This document shows positions 1-11,000 of a stretch of DNA of 64,000 nucleotides, one piece after another; positions within the stretch are counted from its first letter, which is position 1, and every line of letters begins with the position of its first letter. This DNA comes from a virus (lineage: Duplodnaviria > Caudoviricetes): the IMG/VR virus record IMGVR_UViG_3300008262_000055; one strand, given 5' to 3'. A program made the position numbers and the translations under genes. The notes under the pieces are model-generated. The model saw only the letters and a list, made by a program, of their open reading frames with translations. It had not been told where the DNA came from and searched no databases.

Positions 1-281
1 AAGCAGCCAGAAGCTACACAGATAGTTTTCTTAGAGTAAGCTCCAGGATTACCTGGAATACCGCCACCGCAGCAGCACATCTTAGCACCACTACCGCCAG
101 CACCCCAAATTTCAACTGTAGCAAGTCCGCTAGCAGGAGCAATCCAACAAACTTCGCCGCACATCTTTGTTCGGACATTACCATGAGTGTATGCCCAAAT
201 TCGACCTTGTTCGAGATTTTCTTCTTCGAATGCGATAAACGGTAATTTTGCCTGAACAAGACCTTTAAATGATGTTGGCAT
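1..281 (-). CDS. Cys/Gly-rich virion protein, partial (runs off window start); tandem paralogue of 283..1251
   Basis: Not in the ORF track. Manual translation from ATG at 281 gives MPTSFKGLVQAKLPFIAFEEENLEQGRIWAYTHG...VEIWGAGGSGAKMCCCGGGIPGNPGAYSKKTICVASGC, colinear with the 322-aa ORF. The frame is open to base 1. Confidence 0.85.
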   Translation of the reverse strand, partial: MPTSFKGLVQAKLPFIAFEEENLEQGRIWAYTHGNVRTKMCGEVCWIAPASGLATVEIWGAGGSGAKMCCCGGGIPGNPGAYSKKTICVASGC

Positions 282-282
282 C

Positions 283-1251
283 TTATTGTCCCTCTATAAA
301 TCTAATACGGATAGCACCGTGGCCGCCGCGACGACCGTGGTCGCGAACTTCAGGACATGGATTAGGAGGAGTTCCAGGATAACCTGGACCTACACCTGTG
401 TAGCATCCTTCGTTGTCATAACAGCCGCAGCCGCCGCCAAATCCCCAACAGTACGACCAGGGGATGCCGTGTGTTGGTTGTCTTGACTGTGCGTTTAATG
501 CTGATTGATGTTGATGGGCACCTTGGCCCGACCAGTTTGAGAATTCGTTGCTGTTTTCTGTACCAAATACTACAACTCCGCCGCATTTAGAAACATATCC
601 CGGTGGTGTTGCTACGTGGTAGGTAAAAGAACAGATGCATGGGCCTTGACAGCCTAAAAATGCTGTACAGCTAAATCCGCCGCAACGGTTAACGTCGCCG
701 CCGTAACCACAGGCAATCCAAATTCCACCAAAGTAATTACAGATCGTTCCGCAGTTATCGTTGTATGGGCCTCGAGAACAATATCCGTTAGCAGCAAAAC
801 AGCAATATAATGATGTTCCTGTAGTACAGAAACTTCTACCGCCTGCTCCACCCTGGGCACATAAGCAGCCCGACGCCCCGCAGTTTCCTGTCCATGTTAC
901 ACCAGTTGCGTCTGAGCAACCTCGGAAACAGATAGCATCTGCGTTACCGCAGCTAAATCCCACTGCTCCGCAGACATAACAGCCCGATTCTACTCGGATA
1001 GCTTTCTTTGAATAAGCACCTGCGTTGCCAGGAAGTCCTCCTCCGCAGCAGCACATACGAGCACCACTACCGCCAGCACCCCAAATTTCTATAACTGCTG
1101 TACCTCTAGCAGGGGCTTTCCAACAAATTTGATAGTTGGTATAGTTGTTGCCCGGTGTATATAGCCAGATTCTGCCACGCTCGAGATGTTCCTCGGTAGC
1201 GTAGATACCATCGCCTTTGATCTGAACTAAATTCCTAAATGATGTTGGCAT
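283..1251 (-). CDS. Cys/Gly-rich putative tail-fibre-associated protein (glycine-rich domain, EIWGAGG motif)
   Basis: 322 aa with about 30 Cys. It has the IEIWGAGGSG N-terminal motif and the GGHGAIRIRF C-terminal motif typical of phage glycine-rich fibre domains. Confidence 0.65.
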   Translation of the reverse strand: MPTSFRNLVQIKGDGIYATEEHLERGRIWLYTPGNNYTNYQICWKAPARGTAVIEIWGAGGSGARMCCCGGGLPGNAGAYSKKAIRVESGCYVCGAVGFSCGNADAICFRGCSDATGVTWTGNCGASGCLCAQGGAGGRSFCTTGTSLYCCFAANGYCSRGPYNDNCGTICNYFGGIWIACGYGGDVNRCGGFSCTAFLGCQGPCICSFTYHVATPPGYVSKCGGVVVFGTENSNEFSNWSGQGAHQHQSALNAQSRQPTHGIPWSYCWGFGGGCGCYDNEGCYTGVGPGYPGTPPNPCPEVRDHGRRGGHGAIRIRFIEGQ

Positions 1252-1272
1252 GTTTCTTCCTGTTTTTATTCA

Positions 1273-1605
1273 TCAAGCAGATGATACTACCCATCCGTAT
1301 GTTGAGCCTGTATAAACCAAAGTAATGATCGATCCATTAACGTCGATGGTTAAATCGTCGTTGATGTTTTGAATTTTAGCACCATTTCTACCAACTGTAA
1401 TGTTGTTAGTTGCTGCTACACCGCCAATATCGATAATCTGTATCGTATCGTTGAGTAGTAACGTAGAAACGTTTGGTAGTGTGATTGTAAAAGCACCACC
1501 CGCACTAGACGCTAAAATGCGATCATTGACTGAAGCGTTAAAGGCTGCAGAAACTTCACGAATAACGTTATTCGCTGTGCCTGTTGTTGTAATATATCTT
1601 CCCAT
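1273..1605 (-). CDS. Small virion structural protein (fibre-type beta domain)
   Basis: ITLP...DTIQIIDIGG...NNITVGRNG...DLTIDVNG...LVY...GW motif, seen in structural proteins of T4-like aquatic phages. An ATAAATA promoter lies upstream. Confidence 0.6.
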   Translation of the reverse strand: MGRYITTTGTANNVIREVSAAFNASVNDRILASSAGGAFTITLPNVSTLLLNDTIQIIDIGGVAATNNITVGRNGAKIQNINDDLTIDVNGSIITLVYTGSTYGWVVSSA

Positions 1606-1625
1606 GTAAATCCCCTGTCAATGTA

Positions 1626-1632
1626 TATTTAT
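1626..1632 (-). promoter_or_regulatory. T4-type late promoter
   Basis: ATAAATA on the minus strand, overlapping the upstream stop codon, ~20 nt before ATG 1605. Confidence 0.55.
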
Positions 1633-1949
1633 GCTGTTGGTGTTTCTATGCCGAACGCTACTGCACTAACGTTAGCACCGCTGGAATAGACTACTAAAAG
1701 CCTTCCTGCGTCCATAACAATACCTGTGCGTTCTAGAACACCCTTGCCCAAAACTTCTGTGTCAAATTCAATCCATTCTGCTGCTACGGGCGTTGCAGCA
1801 GCGGATACAGCTACTCTTACAGCAACCGCTTGGTTGCCTCTGTTACAGATTGACAAGGTAACCACCGAAAATGTGTCCGACGGAACTGTGTATACTGTTG
1901 TATTTGTAGCTGCTGCTATATCGTTAGCACCTAATCTACCTGTTGCCAT
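1629..1949 (-). CDS. Small beta-sandwich virion protein (family with 13913..14242 and 28063..28434)
   Basis: 106 aa, TTVYTVP...VVTLSICN pattern. Starts 12 nt after the 2006-aa gene. Confidence 0.6.
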   Translation of the reverse strand: MATGRLGANDIAAATNTTVYTVPSDTFSVVTLSICNRGNQAVAVRVAVSAAATPVAAEWIEFDTEVLGKGVLERTGIVMDAGRLLVVYSSGANVSAVAFGIETPTA

Positions 1950-1961
1950 TTAAAATCTCCA

Positions 1962-4900
1962 TTAACTATGTAAAAATAAGTTCATAGCCACCGGTACTCC
2001 ATTAATACCACCAATGAAATTCATCGGAGCAAGCACGTTAATGCGGCCGCCTGTGGTGGTTGTAATGTAGTCATTAGCTACAAATATCTGACCTGCTGTG
2101 AGAGTATTTACGTTCAGGGTACTGGAACCTGAACCAATTTGTGAAGCAATATAAGCCTTAACTGCTCTCTGAGTAGGTATAACTGAATCTGAATCCTGTG
2201 TAAAGAACGGATCTGTACTGAATTCAGTGATTGTAGCACCCCCTGTGCCCAATTCTACCGAGCCCAAGCTGAGCTCTTGTAGTCCTGCAATGTTAAACGC
2301 ATCTGCGTTTAGTGTAGCAGTACCTGTACTTTGTTCGACTGTGAATAATCCACCAACTCGGAAGTTACCGTCCTGGTCTGTTGATGTGTAGAACACACGA
2401 CCACCATTGCTTTCCACAGTTTCATTGGTTGGAATTGGATCAATCAGTGGCAATCCTGGATAATTTGTACTGGTGAAATTACCAGTACCAATATCTAAGA
2501 AGTCATGGCCTGTTAGTCGAACCTGTGAATAACGTATCCTAATTTCAAAAGGATCTTCGTGTGGCACAGCTTCGGGTATTTCAATAGGTGGGCTTACCTG
2601 TAATCTAGCTGTATAAGGCCCGGTTCCTAGTAGTTGTGTAACAGTGACTAATTTATAGAACTGTCCAGGTAAACTGTTAAATTCAACGTTTGATCCTGGT
2701 ACCGGTATAGAATATAATCCCTTAACGTCAACATAGCTGCCATTTTGGAATATATCAGCATAACCATCTCCAACTACCGAACCTGTAGCCACTTCCCAAT
2801 CAGCACCCCTAGTGATAAATGTAGGATTCGCTAGTACACCGTTGCCTACTCGCACTGTATGTGGTGCTTCGTAGGTATTATTAGGATCTGTGACAGTTAA
2901 CGCAGGCGGAGTTACTGAACTATAACCGCTACCTGGTTCTATTACTCTAAATTCCACAATCTTAGTATCAGCAACTCTAGCACGTACATAAGCTCTTGTT
3001 CCGGTTACCAATGCTGCCGGACCTGCTACTGTTGACTGCGGAATAATCCATAATGGAGATCCGTTTGGATTGCCAAATATTGGTCTTCCTGTAGTAGTAT
3101 AAGCAGCAGTACCCTGTGTCCAAGTACGGCCATCCTGTGATTTCCAATGTGCTGTAGAAGAAGCAGATCCTGTTGCTACAAAGGTACCTTGCCCGTATCC
3201 TACTTTACCAACAGTGATAGTGTTTAATACTCCGGTCCAACTAGTTCCATCGTTGCTAACAGCAATATTAGATCCTGTAGAACTCACAGCCACAAACACA
3301 TTATTTCCATACGCAATACTGCTCCAGTCGGCGAGCCCTGTAAGAGCAGCCGAAGTCCATGTAATACCGTCTAAACTATATGCCGAGGTTACTGATCCAG
3401 GAGCACCTGCCGTAGAAACAGCAAAGAATCTGCCTTTACCGTAGGTAATGCTTGGCCAATTTGTACGTGTAGGTAAATTATTAGCACCGTTAGCCCAAGT
3501 TGTACCATTAGTAGATACTAGTGGAGTGGCAGAATCCGCTCTAACAGCAACAAAACGACCTCCACCAAACGCTACAGATGTTACATCACTAATTTGCGGT
3601 ATAGTTGCTGAGTTCCAAGTTACTCCGCCGTCTGTACTATAAGCTGCTCCTGTGGCAGCATTTCCTAATGCTACAACGTAGGAAACTCCGCCAATATCCC
3701 CACTGGCTATCGCTGTCCATATGTTGATTGATGGTAGAGTAGATGTTTGCCAAGTTGTACCATTGGTTGAATAATATGCTGTGTTAGTTGATACTCCGCC
3801 ATTCGCCAGTAGTATTACAAAATTACCACCCCTGCCTTTGCCTTCATAGGAAAATGTTAATATTTCTCCGACTACTAACCCTGGAGTTGAATCTACGGTT
3901 TCGATACGTATTCTAAGATCATTGGCAGGTGTTGTTCCTCCTAATGAGGTGCCTAAGATGGTCAACAAATTATTATTAACATAATTTTGTCCGGCTTGAT
4001 TTAAAGTAACAGTATATGTTTCACCATTTCTAGTTATATTAAATGTAGCACCGGTTCCAGCACCGCCTGAAGCAGACACATTGGTAAATGTTTGTCTTAC
4101 ATTGGCATAAACAGCATCTGATTGACCAACTACTGAGCCTCCTGAGACGCTAGGAGAACTTTCGGTAGGTGCTGCTACTGTTACTCTTGGTTCAATGATG
4201 TATAATGATGAGGGATCTGGTGCTACAATAGCTGTACCTGGCACAACATGATCCCATCCACTAGTGCCAGTTGACTCTCTATAAACTCCTGCTAGTTTAG
4301 AACCAGCATTGTAGGTGTTGATATAACCATATTGACCTACACCAGTTCCGGATTGGATATAAATTCTCATACCAATATAAGCTGAACTGGTTTGATCGTC
4401 AGTGGCTGCTAGGGTAATTGAACTAGTTGTTCCACTTTGAGCAACGTTTTCTGAACTTAGATAATCAAGGCCGCCAAATTGTCCTGAACTGTCGTCATTG
4501 TCTAACAATCTAACTTCAAAAATACCGCCATCTCTAGTCTCATTACCAACAGTAGTAAATGATGTTCCTGGTCCGTTAAATGTAAACGTGCCTGAGGTAT
4601 AATCAATACCAGCATTTTGATATTCAACACGTAGTACCTGTTGACCGTTGGTTAATACTTTTGTGATCAGTGCTTCTTCGTATCGGTTATTAACTATACC
4701 TGTGATTGCTGTTTCTGTAGCATCAACCCCTTCTGCTACACAACCGTATGTTCCGTATGAGCTGTTACCGTTAGTAGCACGTATCTTACCACCGTCTTCT
4801 GCTAGATACCCAATATGTCCGTAATATCCAAACACAGATACAAGTTCTGTTCTACCTAGATTGGTACACCATACACCAATACCGTCTGAAATTACTTGTG

Positions 4901-7900
4901 TAAAATCGTTACTGACGATAGATTTATTACCGCCGTTGTGTAGATCTCCATCGATCTTACATCCCACACAGGCTGTACCAAATGTTGTTACGTTTTGTAC
5001 ATAACAAGATCTTGTGGTAATCCATACTCGTTGGTCATTAGGGCCCCAGCCTGGATCAAGACTTACGTAAGCACCGGCTGTTGGTCTATAAGTTCCATAT
5101 GCGTTAGGTCCAACTAATGTTCCTGTTAATCCCTGTACAGTCATATTTCTAACACCTGTACTGTTTCTAACCAAGAACATGTTTTCTGTTATAGAACCAG
5201 TCACGCCATTAACATACCATTCTGCTGATGTTAAAGTTCTATAATTACCAGTGTAGACTAAATCAAACTTGATAGCATCGATGTATTCGCCAACATCTCT
5301 AGCACAGGCAGCAAGACTGTAAGTGTAAGATGGGTAAGTTAACGCAATGTACGCATGAACTTCAGCAATAATAAATTGTCTATTCAATTCTAGTTGACGC
5401 ACCGCCGCATACACATTATAACTTGATGCTGCAGCATTTGAGCCAGCCATTGTAGGAGCACTACCTACTGCGTTTAGATAAAAATCAACATGATCATAGG
5501 CATTTTGAACTAGTGTTTCAACTAGCGTGCCTTCTGTAGCAGTTGCGAAAGGCTTAGTTTGACTCTGTGTTTCAGTATTTGGATTTGTACCAGTTGTTGT
5601 TTTTGTTACAGTTGTACCTTCTACAATATCAGCAATAATAGCTTTAATTCGTGTAAGAGCATCTAAACTCTTAGGAACATCAGTAGCATCAATCTGACTA
5701 GCAGCAGGTCTAATGTTAGTAGAACGTAGTTCGTCGCCTACTACCGCAGTGTCTACAGGAACAATAATAGGTAGCGTTTCATAGAATACACCAGTCTTAA
5801 CTAGTATAGTTCTTTGAGGTTTGACTTCTGCTCCCACACTTCCTAATGTACCGCTAGAAATTGCTGTAGTAATTAGTGTTTTTAGATTAGCGATTTCTGT
5901 AAATGAAGAATCTTCAGCTACATAATCAGTGTCAATAATCTGTAAAATTCTATCATTAACAGGAACACTGTTAGTAACTTGATAATTTGTTCCAGGTGCT
6001 GTGTTGAGTAATACACAGGTGTTAACTAAAGTATTGACAGCATAGTTTATGGCTGCTACTGTTTCTTCTTTTTGTCCTAGGCCGTAGAAAGTTGAAGCAT
6101 TTGTAACATATTCAACCGCAGCCTGTCTAGATCTTACGTTTCCGCCGTGACGGATATCCCATAACAATGCGTCAATGATTAAACCTACATCACGCTCGCA
6201 CTTGGTTGTATCATAAGAAAAACTAGATACAAACGGTGAAATGTTGTTTGTGATTTGATAGTTAATCCACTGTACAGTTTCCCTCTGTACAAACTGTCTA
6301 TTAATTTCTAATATAAAAGCAGCTTCAGGATTTCGTGTCCCTTTTTCAATTTGATCAGCTGCGTATCTTACAGTTCTCCATGGTTTATCTAGTGTGATAC
6401 CGTATGTCGGTGCCACTTCATCAGTTCCGTCAAGACTTACATAATACAACTGATCAACTTCGCCCCAATATTTCCACTCGGGTGCTGCGGCACTATTGAC
6501 AACTAGAACTTGTCCATCTGAACCAATAGGTAATCTAGTTGGTCCAGCACCGCCGTAATAAACAAGATCGCCCTGTGTAGTTAATACCGACGATTCTTGA
6601 CCGTTGGCTAATAGATTCCAGTATGTTCCTGAAATGTCTACGTCTGGTCTGTTTGTTGCTGTAGCAGATGTGTGTGCTAATACACAGATATAACTGTTAG
6701 GTCCATAACGAACAGCATCACCTAGTACGTAACCATAACCGTTAGCCCATGTTCCTAACCAACGAATGCCCGGATTTAATTGTTCCCAATAGGTTAGATT
6801 AGGTGGTTTCTGATTGTTATTATCTTCTATAGCAACATAGGTGTAACCGCTGAGTCTTACTACGTCTCCAACTTTATAGTTGGTAGAACCTGACCAGTCC
6901 TGTTGAAATTTAAATGCTGTGGTAAACAGATCCCAATTCTGAGCACCTGTGACTGCCTCTGTTGGTTTGATATTACTATGGTTAGTGACTGCTACATACG
7001 CATATCCACCATAGGTAACAATGTCACCAGGCTGATAAACACTTGACGAATTCCAACTGTTTTCAAATTGTAATCCTTCTAGGAATTGTGCCCAGTAACC
7101 CGAATCTTCATCTTGTTCAAATGTTCTTGATACACTAGAAGTATGTTTTTGTAAACAGATGTAGACACCGTTACCAGTCTTAACAAGATCGTTTACTTTA
7201 TAATTTTGATCTACAGGATCCCACGCACCTAAGTATTCAACACCTTGGTTGAAATAATCCCACTTGCTTTGATCTGCTTCAAGACCCAGTGTAAAGGTTG
7301 CTGCGGCAGGGTGTCCTTCATTACATACATACGTAGTTCCGCCAAAAGAAACTACATCATTAATTTTATATCGAGTTGACGGAGCCCAAGGACCTTTCCA
7401 GTCAAACGCTTCTGAGAACTGATCCCATTTATTAATATCTGCCTTTTGACCTGCGGTTAGTCTATCTAAACCTTCAAGTCCCATTGCGGCAGTTGGAGCA
7501 GATATGTGGCCTAGATTACAGAGATATGTGTTGCCGCCGTACTTGACAATATCGTTAAGTCTATATCTGGTGTCAGTGGTCCAGTCACCTCGCCATTCAA
7601 ATCCCTCAGCAAACTGATCCCATTTAGACTGTGTACTATCGCCCAAGTCAAGGTCTACTTCAAGGCCATCGCTGGCGTTAGCAGCAGATGTATGACCTAC
7701 CAAACAGATGTATAGCTGTCCGCCGTATTTGACTATGTCGTTGACAAAGTATTCTGTGTCGACCGTCCAGTCACCTCTCCATGCTTGTCCATCGCTGGCT
7801 TGATTCCAACGTGCTGGGAAGTTATCCGCATCTACATAGAAATTTGAATCAGCTGTATGCCCAATTACGCAGATGTAAACTTTACCGTTTACTCGAACTA

Positions 7901-7982
7901 CGTCATCTTTAAGGTAAGAGGTACCCGCAGCCCATTCGCCTTTCCATATAAATCTAATTCTACCTAATTTAAACTCTGCCAT
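1962..7982 (-). CDS. Giant virion structural/appendage protein: 8 CBM5/12-like repeats, beta-helix region, BNR-like propeller
   Basis: 2006 aa. Eight W-x-G-x-W...Y..GD.V.Y.G..Y.C...H repeats at the N-terminus, YSxDGxTW BNR-like repeats, and a C-terminal GGRVFYTSTDQDGNFRVG region shared with 8025..13532. Confidence 0.7.
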   Translation of the reverse strand: MAEFKLGRIRFIWKGEWAAGTSYLKDDVVRVNGKVYICVIGHTADSNFYVDADNFPARWNQASDGQAWRGDWTVDTEYFVNDIVKYGGQLYICLVGHTSAANASDGLEVDLDLGDSTQSKWDQFAEGFEWRGDWTTDTRYRLNDIVKYGGNTYLCNLGHISAPTAAMGLEGLDRLTAGQKADINKWDQFSEAFDWKGPWAPSTRYKINDVVSFGGTTYVCNEGHPAAATFTLGLEADQSKWDYFNQGVEYLGAWDPVDQNYKVNDLVKTGNGVYICLQKHTSSVSRTFEQDEDSGYWAQFLEGLQFENSWNSSSVYQPGDIVTYGGYAYVAVTNHSNIKPTEAVTGAQNWDLFTTAFKFQQDWSGSTNYKVGDVVRLSGYTYVAIEDNNNQKPPNLTYWEQLNPGIRWLGTWANGYGYVLGDAVRYGPNSYICVLAHTSATATNRPDVDISGTYWNLLANGQESSVLTTQGDLVYYGGAGPTRLPIGSDGQVLVVNSAAAPEWKYWGEVDQLYYVSLDGTDEVAPTYGITLDKPWRTVRYAADQIEKGTRNPEAAFILEINRQFVQRETVQWINYQITNNISPFVSSFSYDTTKCERDVGLIIDALLWDIRHGGNVRSRQAAVEYVTNASTFYGLGQKEETVAAINYAVNTLVNTCVLLNTAPGTNYQVTNSVPVNDRILQIIDTDYVAEDSSFTEIANLKTLITTAISSGTLGSVGAEVKPQRTILVKTGVFYETLPIIVPVDTAVVGDELRSTNIRPAASQIDATDVPKSLDALTRIKAIIADIVEGTTVTKTTTGTNPNTETQSQTKPFATATEGTLVETLVQNAYDHVDFYLNAVGSAPTMAGSNAAASSYNVYAAVRQLELNRQFIIAEVHAYIALTYPSYTYSLAACARDVGEYIDAIKFDLVYTGNYRTLTSAEWYVNGVTGSITENMFLVRNSTGVRNMTVQGLTGTLVGPNAYGTYRPTAGAYVSLDPGWGPNDQRVWITTRSCYVQNVTTFGTACVGCKIDGDLHNGGNKSIVSNDFTQVISDGIGVWCTNLGRTELVSVFGYYGHIGYLAEDGGKIRATNGNSSYGTYGCVAEGVDATETAITGIVNNRYEEALITKVLTNGQQVLRVEYQNAGIDYTSGTFTFNGPGTSFTTVGNETRDGGIFEVRLLDNDDSSGQFGGLDYLSSENVAQSGTTSSITLAATDDQTSSAYIGMRIYIQSGTGVGQYGYINTYNAGSKLAGVYRESTGTSGWDHVVPGTAIVAPDPSSLYIIEPRVTVAAPTESSPSVSGGSVVGQSDAVYANVRQTFTNVSASGGAGTGATFNITRNGETYTVTLNQAGQNYVNNNLLTILGTSLGGTTPANDLRIRIETVDSTPGLVVGEILTFSYEGKGRGGNFVILLANGGVSTNTAYYSTNGTTWQTSTLPSINIWTAIASGDIGGVSYVVALGNAATGAAYSTDGGVTWNSATIPQISDVTSVAFGGGRFVAVRADSATPLVSTNGTTWANGANNLPTRTNWPSITYGKGRFFAVSTAGAPGSVTSAYSLDGITWTSAALTGLADWSSIAYGNNVFVAVSSTGSNIAVSNDGTSWTGVLNTITVGKVGYGQGTFVATGSASSTAHWKSQDGRTWTQGTAAYTTTGRPIFGNPNGSPLWIIPQSTVAGPAALVTGTRAYVRARVADTKIVEFRVIEPGSGYSSVTPPALTVTDPNNTYEAPHTVRVGNGVLANPTFITRGADWEVATGSVVGDGYADIFQNGSYVDVKGLYSIPVPGSNVEFNSLPGQFYKLVTVTQLLGTGPYTARLQVSPPIEIPEAVPHEDPFEIRIRYSQVRLTGHDFLDIGTGNFTSTNYPGLPLIDPIPTNETVESNGGRVFYTSTDQDGNFRVGGLFTVEQSTGTATLNADAFNIAGLQELSLGSVELGTGGATITEFSTDPFFTQDSDSVIPTQRAVKAYIASQIGSGSSTLNVNTLTAGQIFVANDYITTTTGGRINVLAPMNFIGGINGVPVAMNLFLHS
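2353..2405. repeat. 53-nt exact direct repeat, copy 1 (copy 2 at 8464..8516)
   Basis: ccaactcggaagttaccgtcctggtctgttgatgtgtagaacacacgaccacc is identical in both giant paralogues. Confidence 0.9.
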
Positions 7983-8006
7983 CGATTACTCCGATCTTCG
8001 ATACCA

Positions 8007-8013
8007 TATTTAT
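8007..8013 (-). promoter_or_regulatory. T4-type late promoter
   Basis: ATAAATA in the 42-nt gap upstream of the 2006-aa gene. Confidence 0.65.
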
Positions 8014-8024
8014 CTAATATGTTT

Positions 8025-11000
8025 TTAACCTAAATCCCTACCAACTTCTTGCCCGTCTAAGTTGCTGTTAAAAGCGTCTGAAAACATGCTCATAGCCAGC
8101 ATCATACCCGAAGCCCCTTTTCTCATATTCATATTTCTTGGTAGATTTACGTAGGTATTTGTAGTACTACCAATATTATTTGGTCCACCTATTCTAACAG
8201 TACCAGCAATTAATGTACCTGTAGCTGCTTCTGAACCTCCACCAGAAATACGTCTTTCAATATAGGCTTTAATAGCCCTTTGTGTAGGAACAACATTATT
8301 TGAATCAGCAGCAAATGTAACATCTGTTGAAAATTCACGTATAACTACGCCCGTACCACCTACACGAATCCCGCCTAATCTTAGTTCTGACAGTCCGCCT
8401 AAGTCAAAATAGTCAGCACTAATTGTAACTACACCAGTGGCTTGCTCAACAGCAAACAGCTCTCCAACTCGGAAGTTACCGTCCTGGTCTGTTGATGTGT
8501 AGAACACACGACCACCGCCCCTGTAATAAACTTCATTTTCGGGTGCTAGATTTATAAGATTAGTAGTGGGATAATTTGTTTGGGTAAAATTACCTGTTCC
8601 TATCTCTAAGAAATCGTGACCTGTTAGTCGAACCTGACTGTATTTTTCACGTATTTCTACTGGTGAATCATGTACAGGTGTTGTAGTTCTGTTGAAATCT
8701 GGACCTACCCTAATTGCTAATCTGTAGTTACCAAATGAACCACTTAATACCTGTACTGTTAATACTCTATAGACTCTGTTATCTGTACCATCAGATGCTA
8801 CCGCAGCATCATTGTCAGCTAACACTAGATATTTGTTTAATCCTGCTACCGCGGCACTTGGATTAGTTAATGGATATTCTCTTTCTAACCACGATAATCC
8901 CAATCTAGAAGAATAAGCTGTTGAACCGGTTCCAGAAAATAGAACAAACTTTCTATTAGCAAATATTATATGAGCCCAGTCGTCAGTAGATGGAGCTGCT
9001 GCGGCATCCCAAGTATTGCCATCGTCTTCTGACAACGCTATTTGATTACTGTTTCTAGCAATTAATATTATATGATTATTACCGTAGGCAAGATCTGACC
9101 ATTCTGCTGTGCCGGTTATAGTTCTTAGCAACCAGGTTTGACCGTCTACGGAAATAGCTACCTTATCATTGTTTGTAGAAATTGCTATAAAATTGTTAGC
9201 ACCGTGTTTAACTTTGATCCATTGAGCACTAACTGGTAACGATGCTGTTTGCCATGTTACTCCGTCATCGTCGGAATACAACGTACTGGTTGAACCGTTG
9301 GAAATAACTACCCATTTTCCATTTAGATAATCAACTGATGACCAATTAGCATTAGGTACTGTTATTGTAGTCCAGCTAATTCCGTTGGTGCTTCTTGCGA
9401 ATACTGTGCCATAAGCTACTGCTATGTACACACCGTTACCAAATTTTATGTCACGCCAGTCTCTTTGTTGAGAAATTGTAGTGCTAGTCCACCCTTCTCC
9501 GTTAGCTGAATATACTATTTGAGCTAATCCTTCGCTTTGGTAAGTAATTCCTACAAATTTATCAGTACCAGCAGTAACTCCGGCCCATGGTCCCGACACC
9601 GGCAGTACTGATGGTAGCCAATTAATGGTATTAATTTCAAAGTTAGCACCAGTTCTAACTATTCTTGGCATGCCATCAACAATTATATTGCCACCTAATT
9701 CGTAAACATCAGCGTATCCGTCGCCGGATACTGTTACTCTGGTTGTTGATGTCTTGTATCCAACACCTCGGTTAAGGAATGTAGGGTTAGCTAATACTCC
9801 ATTTCCTATCCTAAATTCGTATTCAGGATTTGATGTTGATACAGGATCGCTAAGAGTAAACACCGGTTGAGCATTATAACCGCTACCGGGTTCCCATATT
9901 TTTATTGACTGTATTCTTCCGCCTGTTATAACAGGTCTGCCTCTAAATGTTGCCCCATATTGAAATGTGTCAACAGTCCCAGAATCTTCGGATAGTAGTA
10001 CCCATCTTCCTCTATCAGCAGTGTCTGGGACAAATGCTAGGGCATGTCTATTAAGACTGCCGCTGTCTAATTGTTTTAATTCCCAAGAAAATCCTCCGCT
10101 ATCAGATACTGCCGCATACTGTGTAGAGGAAGAACTGATCGCAACAAATAATCCTTGATCGTAGCTGATTCTACGCCATGCTGTGTCAAACGGCAACACT
10201 GATAGATACCAAGTAAGCCCATCAAAGCTGTAAGCTACCGCATTGCTATTTGAGGATATTGCTACAAAGCGATTGTTTCCATAGCACATATCAGTCCACT
10301 GCGGTTGTGTTGAATCGCCAAACGCAGGGATATCTGAACCTGCCGTCCATGTTACTCCCGAATCGGTGCTAACTGCTGTTTTACCATTAGTTGAAATTAT
10401 AACAAATTTGTTTTTACCATGAGCTACAGCTCTCCACGGTGCTGATGTTGGTGTCGAGCTTAATGTCCATGAAGATGTATTTACTATTACCGATGTTGTT
10501 AAGGTTGGTGCGGTAGCTACAAACGTTCCGTTACCGCCTGCAATATTAGTACAATTAGAAAATCCAAGAGCAGTACCCACATCGGCTACACTAAAGGTAA
10601 ATGATCCAGAGATCCATGTTGCTACCATAGTAGAAGTTTGACTAGTTACTGCTGCTATACGAGATCCGTCCCAGGCCACTGAGGTATAAAGTTGAGCATT
10701 GTTAGCAGAACTAGCTACAGATAGATTAGTTTCGTCATTGCCTATATAGATAGCTCCTACACTACCGTCTGCTGGTCTTCCTGCGGCAACAAACCTATCT
10801 ATCTCTTTGATTCTTTTTGTAACTATATCGTAAGAACCAATTGTTCCATATTGACCTGTACCGGTTCCGCTGGTGATAATTATTCTAGCACCAATATAAT
10901 CAGCTGAGAATCTTTCGTCGTTTGAGGCAATAGTAATACCGGTAGTATCGCCGCCTTGAGCATTGTTACCGGTAGACTGGAATCCGCCACCGCCTAAAAA

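Noticed and set aside
14-259. 81-aa ORF from the track
   Set aside because: It is an alternative frame of the real Cys-rich paralogue starting at 281.
2353-8516. Diversity-generating retroelement TR/VR pair
   Set aside because: The repeats are identical rather than differing at adenines, the flanking differences are not A-specific, and no reverse transcriptase is in the window.
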